From Lachnospiraceae bacterium (GTDB taxonomy: Bacteria; Bacillota; Clostridia; Lachnospirales; Lachnospiraceae), in contig JAQYIU010000039.1 of NCBI GenBank assembly GCA_028721415.1, forward strand, positions 29,729 through 93,728: 64,000 bases of DNA. Direction: 5' to 3'. Both the position numbers and the translations under genes were made by a program. The stretch's first letter is position 1; every line of letters begins with the position of its first letter. The notes under the pieces were generated by a model. That model ran no database searches and was not told the origin of the DNA. It saw nothing but the letters and a program-made list of their open reading frames with translations. Shown here piece by piece: positions 50,969 to 59,328 of the stretch.

Positions 50969-51350
50969 TCTTATAAAAAGGCAGGATATTTATCTGATAC
51001 TATTGTTTCTTATTATCGGTCTGTTTGCCTTTCTGTGGGTTCATTTTCATAAACAGGCAGGGGCGATGGTTCAGGTAACTGTGGATGGTGCTGTTCAGGG
51101 AAATTATCCTCTTCAACAGGAGCAGCAGATTCCCATAACAGGAGATGGATGGACAAATACCATTCTCATAAAAGACGGATTTGCCAATATGATAACAGCA
51201 GACTGTCCGGATCAAATCTGTGTAAAACATACTGAGATTTCACAAATTGGTGAGACCATTGTCTGTCTGCCCCATAAAGTGGTTGTGGAAATTATCGGAG
51301 AAGATAAGAATAACCAGAATGAAAAAGAATATGATATTATTGCGAATTGA
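50955..51350 (+). CDS. NusG domain II-like (DUF1312) membrane-anchored protein
   Basis: N-terminal TM helix, ADCPDQICV, GETIVCLPHKVVVEI. Start (TTG 50955) is inferred. Confidence 0.8.
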   Translation: MDSTNLIKRQDIYLILLFLIIGLFAFLWVHFHKQAGAMVQVTVDGAVQGNYPLQQEQQIPITGDGWTNTILIKDGFANMITADCPDQICVKHTEISQIGETIVCLPHKVVVEIIGEDKNNQNEKEYDIIAN

Positions 51351-51368
51351 TAGTTATTTGTTTAACAA
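51351..51368. promoter_or_regulatory. Putative Rex operator (distal)
   Basis: TAGTTATTTGTTTAACAA versus clostridial Rex consensus TTGTTAANNNNTTAACAA (2 mismatches). Confidence 0.45.
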
Positions 51369-51587
51369 TGATTTGCCCAAGGGGTAAAAATATTGTTTTC
51401 TTTTTGGTACAATAAAGGAAACAATAACTTTTTATCCAATAATCTAATGTAAATAATGCATAGAATACGAAATAAATAATTATGTTTTTTTTCTGGTTTT
51501 TAATTTTCACATAAAAAATATAGGCAAGATGTATTAGTTGTCGATCAATAGTAGAATATTGATGTTTCAAAGGCGAAAATAAAGTTA

Positions 51588-51637
51588 TTGTTAACTGCTT
51601 AACATATCTTGATTTTCGTCTTTTTTTCTTATATTAT
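51588..51637 (+). promoter_or_regulatory. Rex operator abutting the SigA promoter of the rnf operon
   Basis: TTGTTAACTGCTTAACAT (1 mismatch) at 51588-605; TTGATT-N17-TATTAT at 51609-37. Confidence 0.7.
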
Positions 51638-51744
51638 AAAATTTGATTTTGTAGAAATGTTATCGATTTTCTTGCAAAATTATAAAGGAAATAAGAGGAT
51701 AAACCTTTACAAGGTTTGAAATTATTGAGAAAGAAGGTAAAAAA

Positions 51745-53058
51745 ATGGGACTACTTACATTTAAAGGTGGCCTTCATCCTTATGATGGTAAAGAATTAAG
51801 TAAAGATAAACCAATTACTGAATATTTGCCACAAGGAGAATTGGTATATCCTTTGAGCCAGCATATTGGTGCCCCCGCTGTTGCCTGTGTGAAAAAAGGC
51901 GACAGGGTATTAGTGGGCCAGAAGATTGCGGAAGCAGGTGGCTTTGTATCTGCCAATATTCACAGTTCTGTTTCTGGTACAGTCAAGAAGGTGGAGCCGA
52001 GAACTGCTGTGAACGGCAGCAAAGTAAACTGTATCATCGTGGAAAACGATGGTCTTTATGAGCAGGCAGAATTTACTCCCGTAGTTGAAAGAACACCGGA
52101 AGCAATCATTAATGCAGTGAAAGAAGCCGGTATCGTAGGTCTTGGTGGAGCTGGTTTCCCAACTCATGTAAAACTGTCACCGAAAGAACCGGATAAGATT
52201 GATACGATCATCATCAATGCGGCAGAATGTGAACCATATATCACCGCCGACTATCGTTGTATGATGGAGATTCCGGAGAAACTGATTTCGGGGCTGAATC
52301 TGATTCTTTCCATTTTCCCGAAGGCAAAGGGTGTCATCGGTATCGAAGATAACAAGCCGGATGCCATCGCAAAACTCACAGAAATGTGCAAGTCTGAGAA
52401 CAGAATCGAAGTGGCTGCATTAAAGACCAAATATCCGCAAGGTGCAGAGCGTTCTCTGATTTTTGCAGTAACAGGACGTTCAATCAATTCCAGCATGTTA
52501 CCTGCCGATGCAGGATGCATTGTTGATAACGTGGCAACTGCGATTGCGATTCATGAAGCAGTGACAGAAGGTAAACCATTATACGAGAGAGTGGTTACTG
52601 TTACCGGAGATGCTATCGCAAATCCATGCAACTTTAAAGTGAAAGCCGGAACTAATGCGGCAGAGCTCGCAGAAGCAGCCGGTGGATTTAAATCTCAGCC
52701 GGAAAAAGTGATTTCCGGTGGACCTATGATGGGTATGGCTCTCGGAACATTAAATGTTCCGTGTGGAAAGACATTTTCTTCCCTTCTCTGCTTCACAAAA
52801 GATGAAGTGGCAGCATGTGAGCCGAGCAATTGTATCCGCTGTGGCCGTTGTGTCAATGTCTGTCCGGCCGGTTTGATGCCAACCAGACTTTCCGAGATTG
52901 CGGATCACGGTGATTTTGCATTATTTGATGAGTTAAATGGATGTGAATGTGTGGAATGTGGCTGTTGTTCCTATGTATGTCCTGCAAAGAGAAGATTAAC
53001 CCAGTCCATGAAGACAGGTCGCCGTGAGGCACTGGCCTTAAGAAGAAAAAAGAAATAA
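51745..53058 (+). CDS. rnfC: Rnf complex subunit C
   Basis: QHIGAP, GIVGLGGAGFPT, NAAECEPY, YPQGAE, GGPMMG, two 4Fe-4S motifs. Confidence 0.96.
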   Translation: MGLLTFKGGLHPYDGKELSKDKPITEYLPQGELVYPLSQHIGAPAVACVKKGDRVLVGQKIAEAGGFVSANIHSSVSGTVKKVEPRTAVNGSKVNCIIVENDGLYEQAEFTPVVERTPEAIINAVKEAGIVGLGGAGFPTHVKLSPKEPDKIDTIIINAAECEPYITADYRCMMEIPEKLISGLNLILSIFPKAKGVIGIEDNKPDAIAKLTEMCKSENRIEVAALKTKYPQGAERSLIFAVTGRSINSSMLPADAGCIVDNVATAIAIHEAVTEGKPLYERVVTVTGDAIANPCNFKVKAGTNAAELAEAAGGFKSQPEKVISGGPMMGMALGTLNVPCGKTFSSLLCFTKDEVAACEPSNCIRCGRCVNVCPAGLMPTRLSEIADHGDFALFDELNGCECVECGCCSYVCPAKRRLTQSMKTGRREALALRRKKK

Positions 53059-53076
53059 CATAAGGAGAGGTGAAAA

Positions 53077-54030
53077 ATGAACGAACAGTTATTTAACGTA
53101 TCAGCCAATCCTCATGTAAGGGATAAGGCTTCCACTCAAAGTATCATGCTTGATGTGATTCTCGCTCTTCTTCCAGCAACCCTGTTTGGTTTCTGGAATT
53201 TTGGTGTGAAAGCGATCATCAACACAGTGATTTGTATCCTGACCTGTGTGATCAGTGAATATGCATGGCAGCATTTCATGCATAAAAAAGTGACCATTAA
53301 CGATTTAAGTGCCGTTTTAACCGGTTTATTACTGGCGATGAACCTTCCTCCGGAAGTTCCGTTCTGGCTTCCAGTGATTGGTGGTGTGTTTGCGATCATC
53401 GTTGTAAAACAGTTATTTGGCGGTCTTGGACAGAACTTTATGAACCCGGCATTGGGCGCACGTTGTTTCCTTCTGATTTCTTTTGCGGGAATCATGACCG
53501 ATTTCTCTTATAACGGTTTTGGAAGCAGTTTTGACGCAGCAACATCTGCAACTCCTCTTGCAGCATTAAAAGCTGGAGAAGCAGTGAACTTAAAAGCAAT
53601 GTTTCTCGGAACAACAGCCGGAACCATCGGTGAAACTTCCGCATTGCTTCTGTTACTTGGCGGTATTTACCTGATTGCCCGCAAGGTGATCAGCTGGAGA
53701 ATTCCGGTATGCTACATAGTAGTTCTGGGACTCTTCGTTCTGTTATTTGGCGGACATGGATTTGATATGACATATCTGGCTGAACAGTTATGCGGCGGAG
53801 GATTGATGCTTGGTGCATTCTTCATGGCAACAGATTATGTTACATCTCCGATCACACCAAAAGGACAGATTGTATTTGGTATATTACTTGGTATTCTGAC
53901 AGGAATCTTCCGTTTATTCGGTGGTTCAGCAGAGGGCGTTTCTTACGCGATCATCTTCTGTAACCTGTTAGTACCTTTGATTGAGAAATTTACAACTCCT
54001 ACCGCATTTGGAAAAGGAGGTAAAAAATAA
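53077..54030 (+). CDS. rnfD: Rnf complex subunit D
   Basis: KQLFGGLGQN.MNPA, TSATPL (FMN site), FMATDYVTSP. Confidence 0.96.
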   Translation: MNEQLFNVSANPHVRDKASTQSIMLDVILALLPATLFGFWNFGVKAIINTVICILTCVISEYAWQHFMHKKVTINDLSAVLTGLLLAMNLPPEVPFWLPVIGGVFAIIVVKQLFGGLGQNFMNPALGARCFLLISFAGIMTDFSYNGFGSSFDAATSATPLAALKAGEAVNLKAMFLGTTAGTIGETSALLLLLGGIYLIARKVISWRIPVCYIVVLGLFVLLFGGHGFDMTYLAEQLCGGGLMLGAFFMATDYVTSPITPKGQIVFGILLGILTGIFRLFGGSAEGVSYAIIFCNLLVPLIEKFTTPTAFGKGGKK

Positions 54031-54659
54031 TGAAGTCATTAGTAAAAGATTGTGTAAAACTTGTTGTGATTACATTGATCGCTGGACTTGCTCTGGGCGC
54101 TGTGTATGGAATCACAAAAGATCCAATCGCAAAACAAGAAGAAAAGAAACAGCAGGAAGCATATAAAGCGGTGTTTCCGGATGCAGCTGATTTTGAAGAC
54201 GTGGAGGGATTTACCACAGAGGCAGCTTCCGAAGTGATTGCAGCTTATGAGAATCCAATCGATGGTCATGAAGGAGATGAGATTGGTTCCGCTGTTACTG
54301 CCCTGGATGCATCAGGCAATGCCATGGGTTACATTTTCAATGTAACGACAGGAAAAGGTTACGGCGGAGACATCCAGCTTACCGTCGGTATTAAAACAGA
54401 TGGAACAGTATGTGGCTATTCTGTTCTTTCCATCAGTGAAACAGCTGGTCTCGGTATGAAGGCCAAAGATGATCCTGATTGGGGTACACAGTTTGCAGAT
54501 AAACAGGTGGAATCTTTCAATGTAGTGAAAGATGGATCCGGTTCCGCTGACGATTCAAAAATTGATGCGATTTCCGGTGCAACGATTACAAGTAAAGCAG
54601 TGACAGGTGCTATGAACAGTTGTCTCGCTTATTTCCAGTCGTTGGAAGGAGGTAACTAA
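54030..54659 (+). CDS. rnfG: Rnf complex subunit G
   Basis: GYGGDI, SETAGLG, DAISGATITS (FMN site). Confidence 0.95.
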   Translation: MKSLVKDCVKLVVITLIAGLALGAVYGITKDPIAKQEEKKQQEAYKAVFPDAADFEDVEGFTTEAASEVIAAYENPIDGHEGDEIGSAVTALDASGNAMGYIFNVTTGKGYGGDIQLTVGIKTDGTVCGYSVLSISETAGLGMKAKDDPDWGTQFADKQVESFNVVKDGSGSADDSKIDAISGATITSKAVTGAMNSCLAYFQSLEGGN

Positions 54660-54660
54660 G

Positions 54661-55389
54661 ATGAATAAAAACAATCCTGTGGAAAGATTATTAAACGGTA
54701 TTGTGAAGGAAAATCCTACTCTGGTGCTGATGCTTGGTATGTGTCCTACCCTTGCGGTAACGACATCTGCCATCAATGGTGCCGGCATGGGTCTTACCAC
54801 GACAGCCGTATTAATGTTTTCGAATATGATTATCTCTCTGCTTCGTAATTTCATTCCGGACAGAGTTCGTATTCCTGCCTATATCGTTATCATTGCTTCT
54901 CTGGTTACGATTGTACAGTTTGCTCTGCAGGCATATCTGCCAAGCTTAAACGAATCTCTGGGTGTATACATTCCTCTGATCGTTGTTAACTGTATTATTT
55001 TAGGACGTGCAGAATCCTATGCCAGCAAAAACGGCCCGATCAATTCCTTCTTCGATGGAGTTGGTATGGGACTTGGATTTACCGTTTCCCTGACCATTCT
55101 CGGTGCATTCCGTGAACTTCTTGGAGCAGGAACTATTTTCGGTAAAGTGATTTTGTCCGAATCCTTCTACACACCGATCACCATCTTCATCCTTGCCCCT
55201 GGTGCATTCTTCGTACTGTCTTGTCTTGTAGCAATTCAGAACAAAGTGAAGAACCGCAAACCAAAAGAACCGGGACAGCCGGTACAGTCTGCAGGATGTG
55301 GAGATTGTGCAAACTGTAAAAACAGTGCTTGCGGCAGCAGAAGCTTTTTTGATATGACAGTTGACAACAAAAACGTTGATAACAATTAG
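54661..55389 (+). CDS. rnfE: Rnf complex subunit E with Cys-rich C-terminal extension
   Basis: LGMCPTLAVT, IPLIVVNCIILGRAE, APGAF. Confidence 0.95.
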   Translation: MNKNNPVERLLNGIVKENPTLVLMLGMCPTLAVTTSAINGAGMGLTTTAVLMFSNMIISLLRNFIPDRVRIPAYIVIIASLVTIVQFALQAYLPSLNESLGVYIPLIVVNCIILGRAESYASKNGPINSFFDGVGMGLGFTVSLTILGAFRELLGAGTIFGKVILSESFYTPITIFILAPGAFFVLSCLVAIQNKVKNRKPKEPGQPVQSAGCGDCANCKNSACGSRSFFDMTVDNKNVDNN

Positions 55390-55403
55390 GAGGAGAGAAG
55401 ATT

Positions 55404-55979
55404 ATGAAATCGTTAATATTATTAATCATCAGTGCTGCTATTGTTAATAACGTTGTACTCAGTCAGTTCCTCGGATTATGTCCTTTCCTGGGAGTTTCCA
55501 AAAAAGTGGAGACTGCCCTTGGTATGGGAGGAGCCGTAATCTTCGTTATTACAATTGCTTCTTTTGTCACTGCATTAATTTACAAATTTATTCTTGTAAC
55601 TTTAGGACTGGAATACCTGCAGACCATCGTCTTTATTCTGGTTATCGCAGCGTTAGTTCAGTTCGTTGAGATGTTCTTAAAGAAAACGATGCCGGCATTA
55701 TATGAATCATTGGGAGTTTTCCTTCCTCTGATCACCACAAACTGTGCTGTACTTGGTGTTGCACTTAACTCTGTTCAGTATGGCTATGGTATCCTGCAGT
55801 CTGTGATCTATGGTTTTGGTACTGCCTTTGGTTTTACCATCTCCATCGTCATTCTTGCCGGTTTAAGAGAAAAAATGGAATACAATGATATCTCCCAATC
55901 CTGGCAGGGAATGCCTATGGTTCTTGTAACTGCAGGTCTGATGTCTATTGCTTTCTTTGGTTTTTCAGGAATCATTTAA
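55404..55979 (+). CDS. rnfA: Rnf complex subunit A
   Basis: NNVVLSQFLGLCPFLG, LPLITTNCAVLG. Confidence 0.96.
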   Translation: MKSLILLIISAAIVNNVVLSQFLGLCPFLGVSKKVETALGMGGAVIFVITIASFVTALIYKFILVTLGLEYLQTIVFILVIAALVQFVEMFLKKTMPALYESLGVFLPLITTNCAVLGVALNSVQYGYGILQSVIYGFGTAFGFTISIVILAGLREKMEYNDISQSWQGMPMVLVTAGLMSIAFFGFSGII

Positions 55980-55994
55980 CAGGAGGAGAAAAAA

Positions 55995-56786
55995 ATGAGC
56001 ATAAGTGGAATTATCCTTGCGGCAACCGTTGTCGGAGGAACAGGACTTGTTATCTCTGTCCTCCTTGGAATTGCCTCAGAAAAATTTAAAGTGCCGGTTG
56101 ATGAAAAAGAAGTGGCAGTCAGAGAATGCCTTCCGGGAAATAACTGTGGTGGCTGTGGCTATGCCGGTTGTGACAGCCTGGCCAAAGCCATTGCAGCAGG
56201 AGAAGCACCAGTTGGTGCCTGTCCGGTAGGAGGACCGGATGCCGCAGCAAAAATTGGTGCCATCATGGGTGTAGATGCCGGAGCATCTGAGAAAAAAGTT
56301 GCTTTTGTAAAATGTGCCGGTACCTGCGAAAAAGCAAAAACCCAGTATGAATACTACGGAAACGAAGATTGTATTTCCGCAATCAGTGTTCCGGGTGGCG
56401 GTCCAAAGGCATGTTCTTTTGGATGTACCGGTTTTGGAAGCTGTGTAAAAGTCTGTGATTTTGATGCCATTCATATTGTGAACGGCATTGCACAGGTAGA
56501 TAGAGAGAAATGTGTAGCCTGCGGTAAATGTGTGACAACCTGTCCAAAATCTTTGATTGAACTTGTTCCTTACAGTGCCCCTCATAAAGTACAGTGTAAC
56601 TCCAAAGAGTTTGGTAAAGCGGTGAAAGAAGTCTGCTCTGCCGGATGTATCGGATGTAAGATGTGTACAAAGGTTTGTGAATTTGGTGCCATTGCCGTCG
56701 AAAATAATGTTGCCAAAATCGATTACAGCAAATGTACCGGATGTGGCAAGTGTGCTGAAAAATGTCCTGCCAAAATCATTCTGTAA
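55995..56786 (+). CDS. rnfB: Rnf complex subunit B
   Basis: LPGNNCGGCGYAGC and multiple CxxCxxCxxxC ferredoxin motifs. Confidence 0.96.
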   Translation: MSISGIILAATVVGGTGLVISVLLGIASEKFKVPVDEKEVAVRECLPGNNCGGCGYAGCDSLAKAIAAGEAPVGACPVGGPDAAAKIGAIMGVDAGASEKKVAFVKCAGTCEKAKTQYEYYGNEDCISAISVPGGGPKACSFGCTGFGSCVKVCDFDAIHIVNGIAQVDREKCVACGKCVTTCPKSLIELVPYSAPHKVQCNSKEFGKAVKEVCSAGCIGCKMCTKVCEFGAIAVENNVAKIDYSKCTGCGKCAEKCPAKIIL

Positions 56787-56823
56787 TTGTTTGTAAATCT
56801 TAAGAAATTATAAAATTGTTCAT

Positions 56824-56874
56824 AAAAAGGTTATTTCCTGTAACAAAAATGCAAGGGAAATAACCTTTTTTTTT
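56824..56874 (+). terminator. Terminator after the rnf operon
   Basis: AAAAAGGTTATTTCC...GGAAATAACC followed by a T run. Confidence 0.85.
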
Positions 56875-56950
56875 CATTATTTTCCTGTATAGTATATACG
56901 AGTTGAAAAAAGGGGAATAGAAGTTTGTTCTCCGAATAACTGGAGGGAAA

Positions 56951-57877
56951 ATGGCATATTCAAAATTCAGCGGTACTTACCGCAGTGCAAATCATACAAA
57001 TAGAATCCATTATTACATCTTTGAGCCTGAGGCAGATATCCGCGCGATTATTCAACTTACCCATGGCTGGAGAGATTACATAGAAAGAAATGAAGCATTT
57101 ATCAATTATTTTACAGATCACGGAATCATGGTCTGTGGCTGTGATTTTATTGGACATGGAAGATCCTCGGAGGAGGAAAAACGAGGACATTTTGACGAGA
57201 TCAATGGCTGGTCGTATCTGGTAAAGGATGTAAAAAAACTGGCTAATTATGTCCGTAAAGAATATCCGGAAGTTCCATTCTTTTTATATGGACATGGGAT
57301 GGGATCTCTGGTGGCAAGGCTATGTTGCCTCGGAGATTTTGGTCTTGACGGGGTCATTCTGGCAGGAACCAGTGGAAAACAGAGATTTTGCCGCCGCAGT
57401 ATTCTTCTGACAGCATTTTTGAGACATTTTAAGGATATGAATCATCGGAGCAAATATCTGGAAAATCTGATATATAAAAAATTAAATCGCAAATTTAGAA
57501 AAGAGAACGATAGCCTTTCCTGGTATAGTGCCGATCCGTTATTAAGGGACCGCTTCTCTTCTGACGAAAGGTGTCAGTTTACTTTTACCATCAGTGCCTA
57601 TGAAAATATTTTTAAGATGCTGGGACTGGTATCGACGCCAAAATGGTATCGATCCGTCAATGAAAATCTGCCAATTCTTCTGATTGGTGGAGAGAAAGAC
57701 CCGATCGGAGATTTCGGAAAAGGTGTGGAGCAGGTTTATGACTATCTGAAAAAGACAGATCATATCGTAGAGATGAAATTATATCCGGAAGTTCGCCACG
57801 AACTGCAGAGCGATAGAATGAATCAGGAGATATTTGCTGATATTCTTGATTTCATGAAAAAATATATAGAAGAATAG
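56951..57877 (+). CDS. Alpha/beta hydrolase (lysophospholipase/Hydrolase_4-like) with Ser-to-Gly at the nucleophile
   Basis: HG, D.IGHGRS, GHGMG (canonical GHSMG), GEKDP, RHE. Confidence 0.85.
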   Translation: MAYSKFSGTYRSANHTNRIHYYIFEPEADIRAIIQLTHGWRDYIERNEAFINYFTDHGIMVCGCDFIGHGRSSEEEKRGHFDEINGWSYLVKDVKKLANYVRKEYPEVPFFLYGHGMGSLVARLCCLGDFGLDGVILAGTSGKQRFCRRSILLTAFLRHFKDMNHRSKYLENLIYKKLNRKFRKENDSLSWYSADPLLRDRFSSDERCQFTFTISAYENIFKMLGLVSTPKWYRSVNENLPILLIGGEKDPIGDFGKGVEQVYDYLKKTDHIVEMKLYPEVRHELQSDRMNQEIFADILDFMKKYIEE

Positions 57878-57899
57878 ATTACCAAATCATGCATATACT
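57872..57899 (+). promoter_or_regulatory. Putative SigE-type sporulation promoter
   Basis: GAATA-N15-CATATACT just upstream of the YlmC/YmxH gene. Confidence 0.45.
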
Positions 57900-57916
57900 A
57901 AAGAAAAAAGGCAAAT

Positions 57917-58174
57917 ATGCATGTACGTTTTTGGGAACTCGGCAATCGTGATGTGATTAATTGTAAAAATGGAAAAAGACTCGGTTATGTGGGAGATGTG
58001 GGGATCGATTTAAAAAATGGCTGTATCACAGATCTCTATGTGCCGGTGGGAAGCAAATATTGCGGATGTATGGGGAAAAAAGGAGAATATCGAATTCCTT
58101 TTCAATGTGTGGTGCGGATCGGAATCGATATTATTCTCGTAGACATCGATGAGAAACAATGTTTTATAAAATGA
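57917..58174 (+). CDS. YlmC/YmxH-family PRC-barrel sporulation protein
   Basis: EL...DVIN...GKRLGYV.D, IPFQCVVRIGIDIILVD. Confidence 0.9.
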   Translation: MHVRFWELGNRDVINCKNGKRLGYVGDVGIDLKNGCITDLYVPVGSKYCGCMGKKGEYRIPFQCVVRIGIDIILVDIDEKQCFIK

Positions 58175-58183
58175 GTAAAAAAG

Positions 58184-58257
58184 AATGGCTGTCTGATTCA
58201 GATGATTTCGCCGGGGTGCATCAGCAATCGGTATGATCTGAATTGACAGCCATTTTT
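58184..58257. terminator. Long bidirectional hairpin between convergent genes
   Basis: AATGGCTGTC..ATTCAGAT / ATCTGAAT.GACAGCCATT with A and T runs on either side. Confidence 0.7.
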
Positions 58258-58262
58258 ATTGT

Positions 58263-58457
58263 TTATTTCAGTTTTTCTACGATCTCGTCATATAAATCAA
58301 GATCGCAATGTTCCTGTCTGGTAAAGTGCGTACAGTTTAAACAACTCGGTGTCTGGCAGTCGCAGGTAGAATTCTTAAAAGCGTACTGTGTGGAAACCGG
58401 TTCGTATTTGCTGCAGGCTTCTGCCACTTCCTGATAGGTTTTTTTGGAACTTTTCAT
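58263..58457 (-). CDS. Small Cys-rich protein (64 aa), probably forespore-expressed
   Basis: AAGGAGGT RBS; VAEACSKY...SCLNCTHF....CDLDLYD; SigG-like promoter. Confidence 0.75.
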   Translation of the reverse strand: MKSSKKTYQEVAEACSKYEPVSTQYAFKNSTCDCQTPSCLNCTHFTRQEHCDLDLYDEIVEKLK

Positions 58458-58488
58458 GATGATACCTCCTTCAAATTGACTACGAAGG

Positions 58489-58517
58489 TAGTATGTGAAA
58501 AGTCGGATAATTTATTC
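58489..58517 (-). promoter_or_regulatory. SigG-type promoter
   Basis: GAATA-N17-CATACTA on the minus strand. Confidence 0.6.
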
Positions 58518-58991
58518 AGGATAAGTCAGATTTTTTTCTTCCGGATGAAGGAGTGCTTCATTCAGGTATTTTTTGGCTAAAAATCTTGCCATTGGAAGAT
58601 TCTGATCCAGATAATTGCCGCAATCTTTTGCAGCGGCACCTGGAATATCACCTTCATAATCTGCGATAAAAGAAAATGTATCGCGAACCAGCTCCACGAT
58701 ATCTTTGGATTCGTAATCTCCGGCAAGAATCAGATAGCAGCCGGTACGACATCCCATAGGACCAAAATAGATTACTTTATCTTTCCACTGAGGCTCGTTG
58801 CGAAGGTAAGTGGCTGCCAGATGTTCGATGGTGTGTAACTCTGCCGTATTCATAACCGGCTCTCTGTTCGGAGCACACATACGAAGATCAAATGTAGTGA
58901 GCACTTCTTTTCCGACATAATCTTTTCTTGAAACGTAAACACCTGGAAGCAGATCCAGATGATTCACAGTAAAACTTGCTATTTTTTCCAT
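58512..58991 (-). CDS. luxS: S-ribosylhomocysteine lyase (AI-2 synthase)
   Basis: IASFTVNH, FDLR, HTIEH, GPMGCRTG, CGNY. Confidence 0.97.
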   Translation of the reverse strand: MEKIASFTVNHLDLLPGVYVSRKDYVGKEVLTTFDLRMCAPNREPVMNTAELHTIEHLAATYLRNEPQWKDKVIYFGPMGCRTGCYLILAGDYESKDIVELVRDTFSFIADYEGDIPGAAAKDCGNYLDQNLPMARFLAKKYLNEALLHPEEKNLTYPE

Positions 58992-59069
58992 GGTATCTCT
59001 CCTTTATTTATTATAGTATTGCTACCTGTTCTGGAAAATGGTATTCCATAAAGTGATTTTCTCTCTGTA

Positions 59070-59098
59070 ATGATATATTAGATTCAAAAAAAGGTCAA
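59070..59098 (-). promoter_or_regulatory. SigA promoter of luxS
   Basis: TTGACC-N17-TATCAT on the minus strand. Confidence 0.55.
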
Positions 59099-59328
59099 CA
59101 AGGGAATTTGTCTGTCAAATTAACTTATTATTCGGCAATAATCCTGGGAATTATGCATAAAAAGTTAGAAAAAAACAAATATTTCGGGACTGTTTTTGTT
59201 ATTTTTACAAATTTTTCAGAAACACAAAAAAGCGGTGGGAAAGAAGATAAAAAAGTGTTATTATTATTAAGATAAATGATTCGATAAAATACTGTTATTT
59301 TATGACGATAATTATTTTGGAGGTAAGT

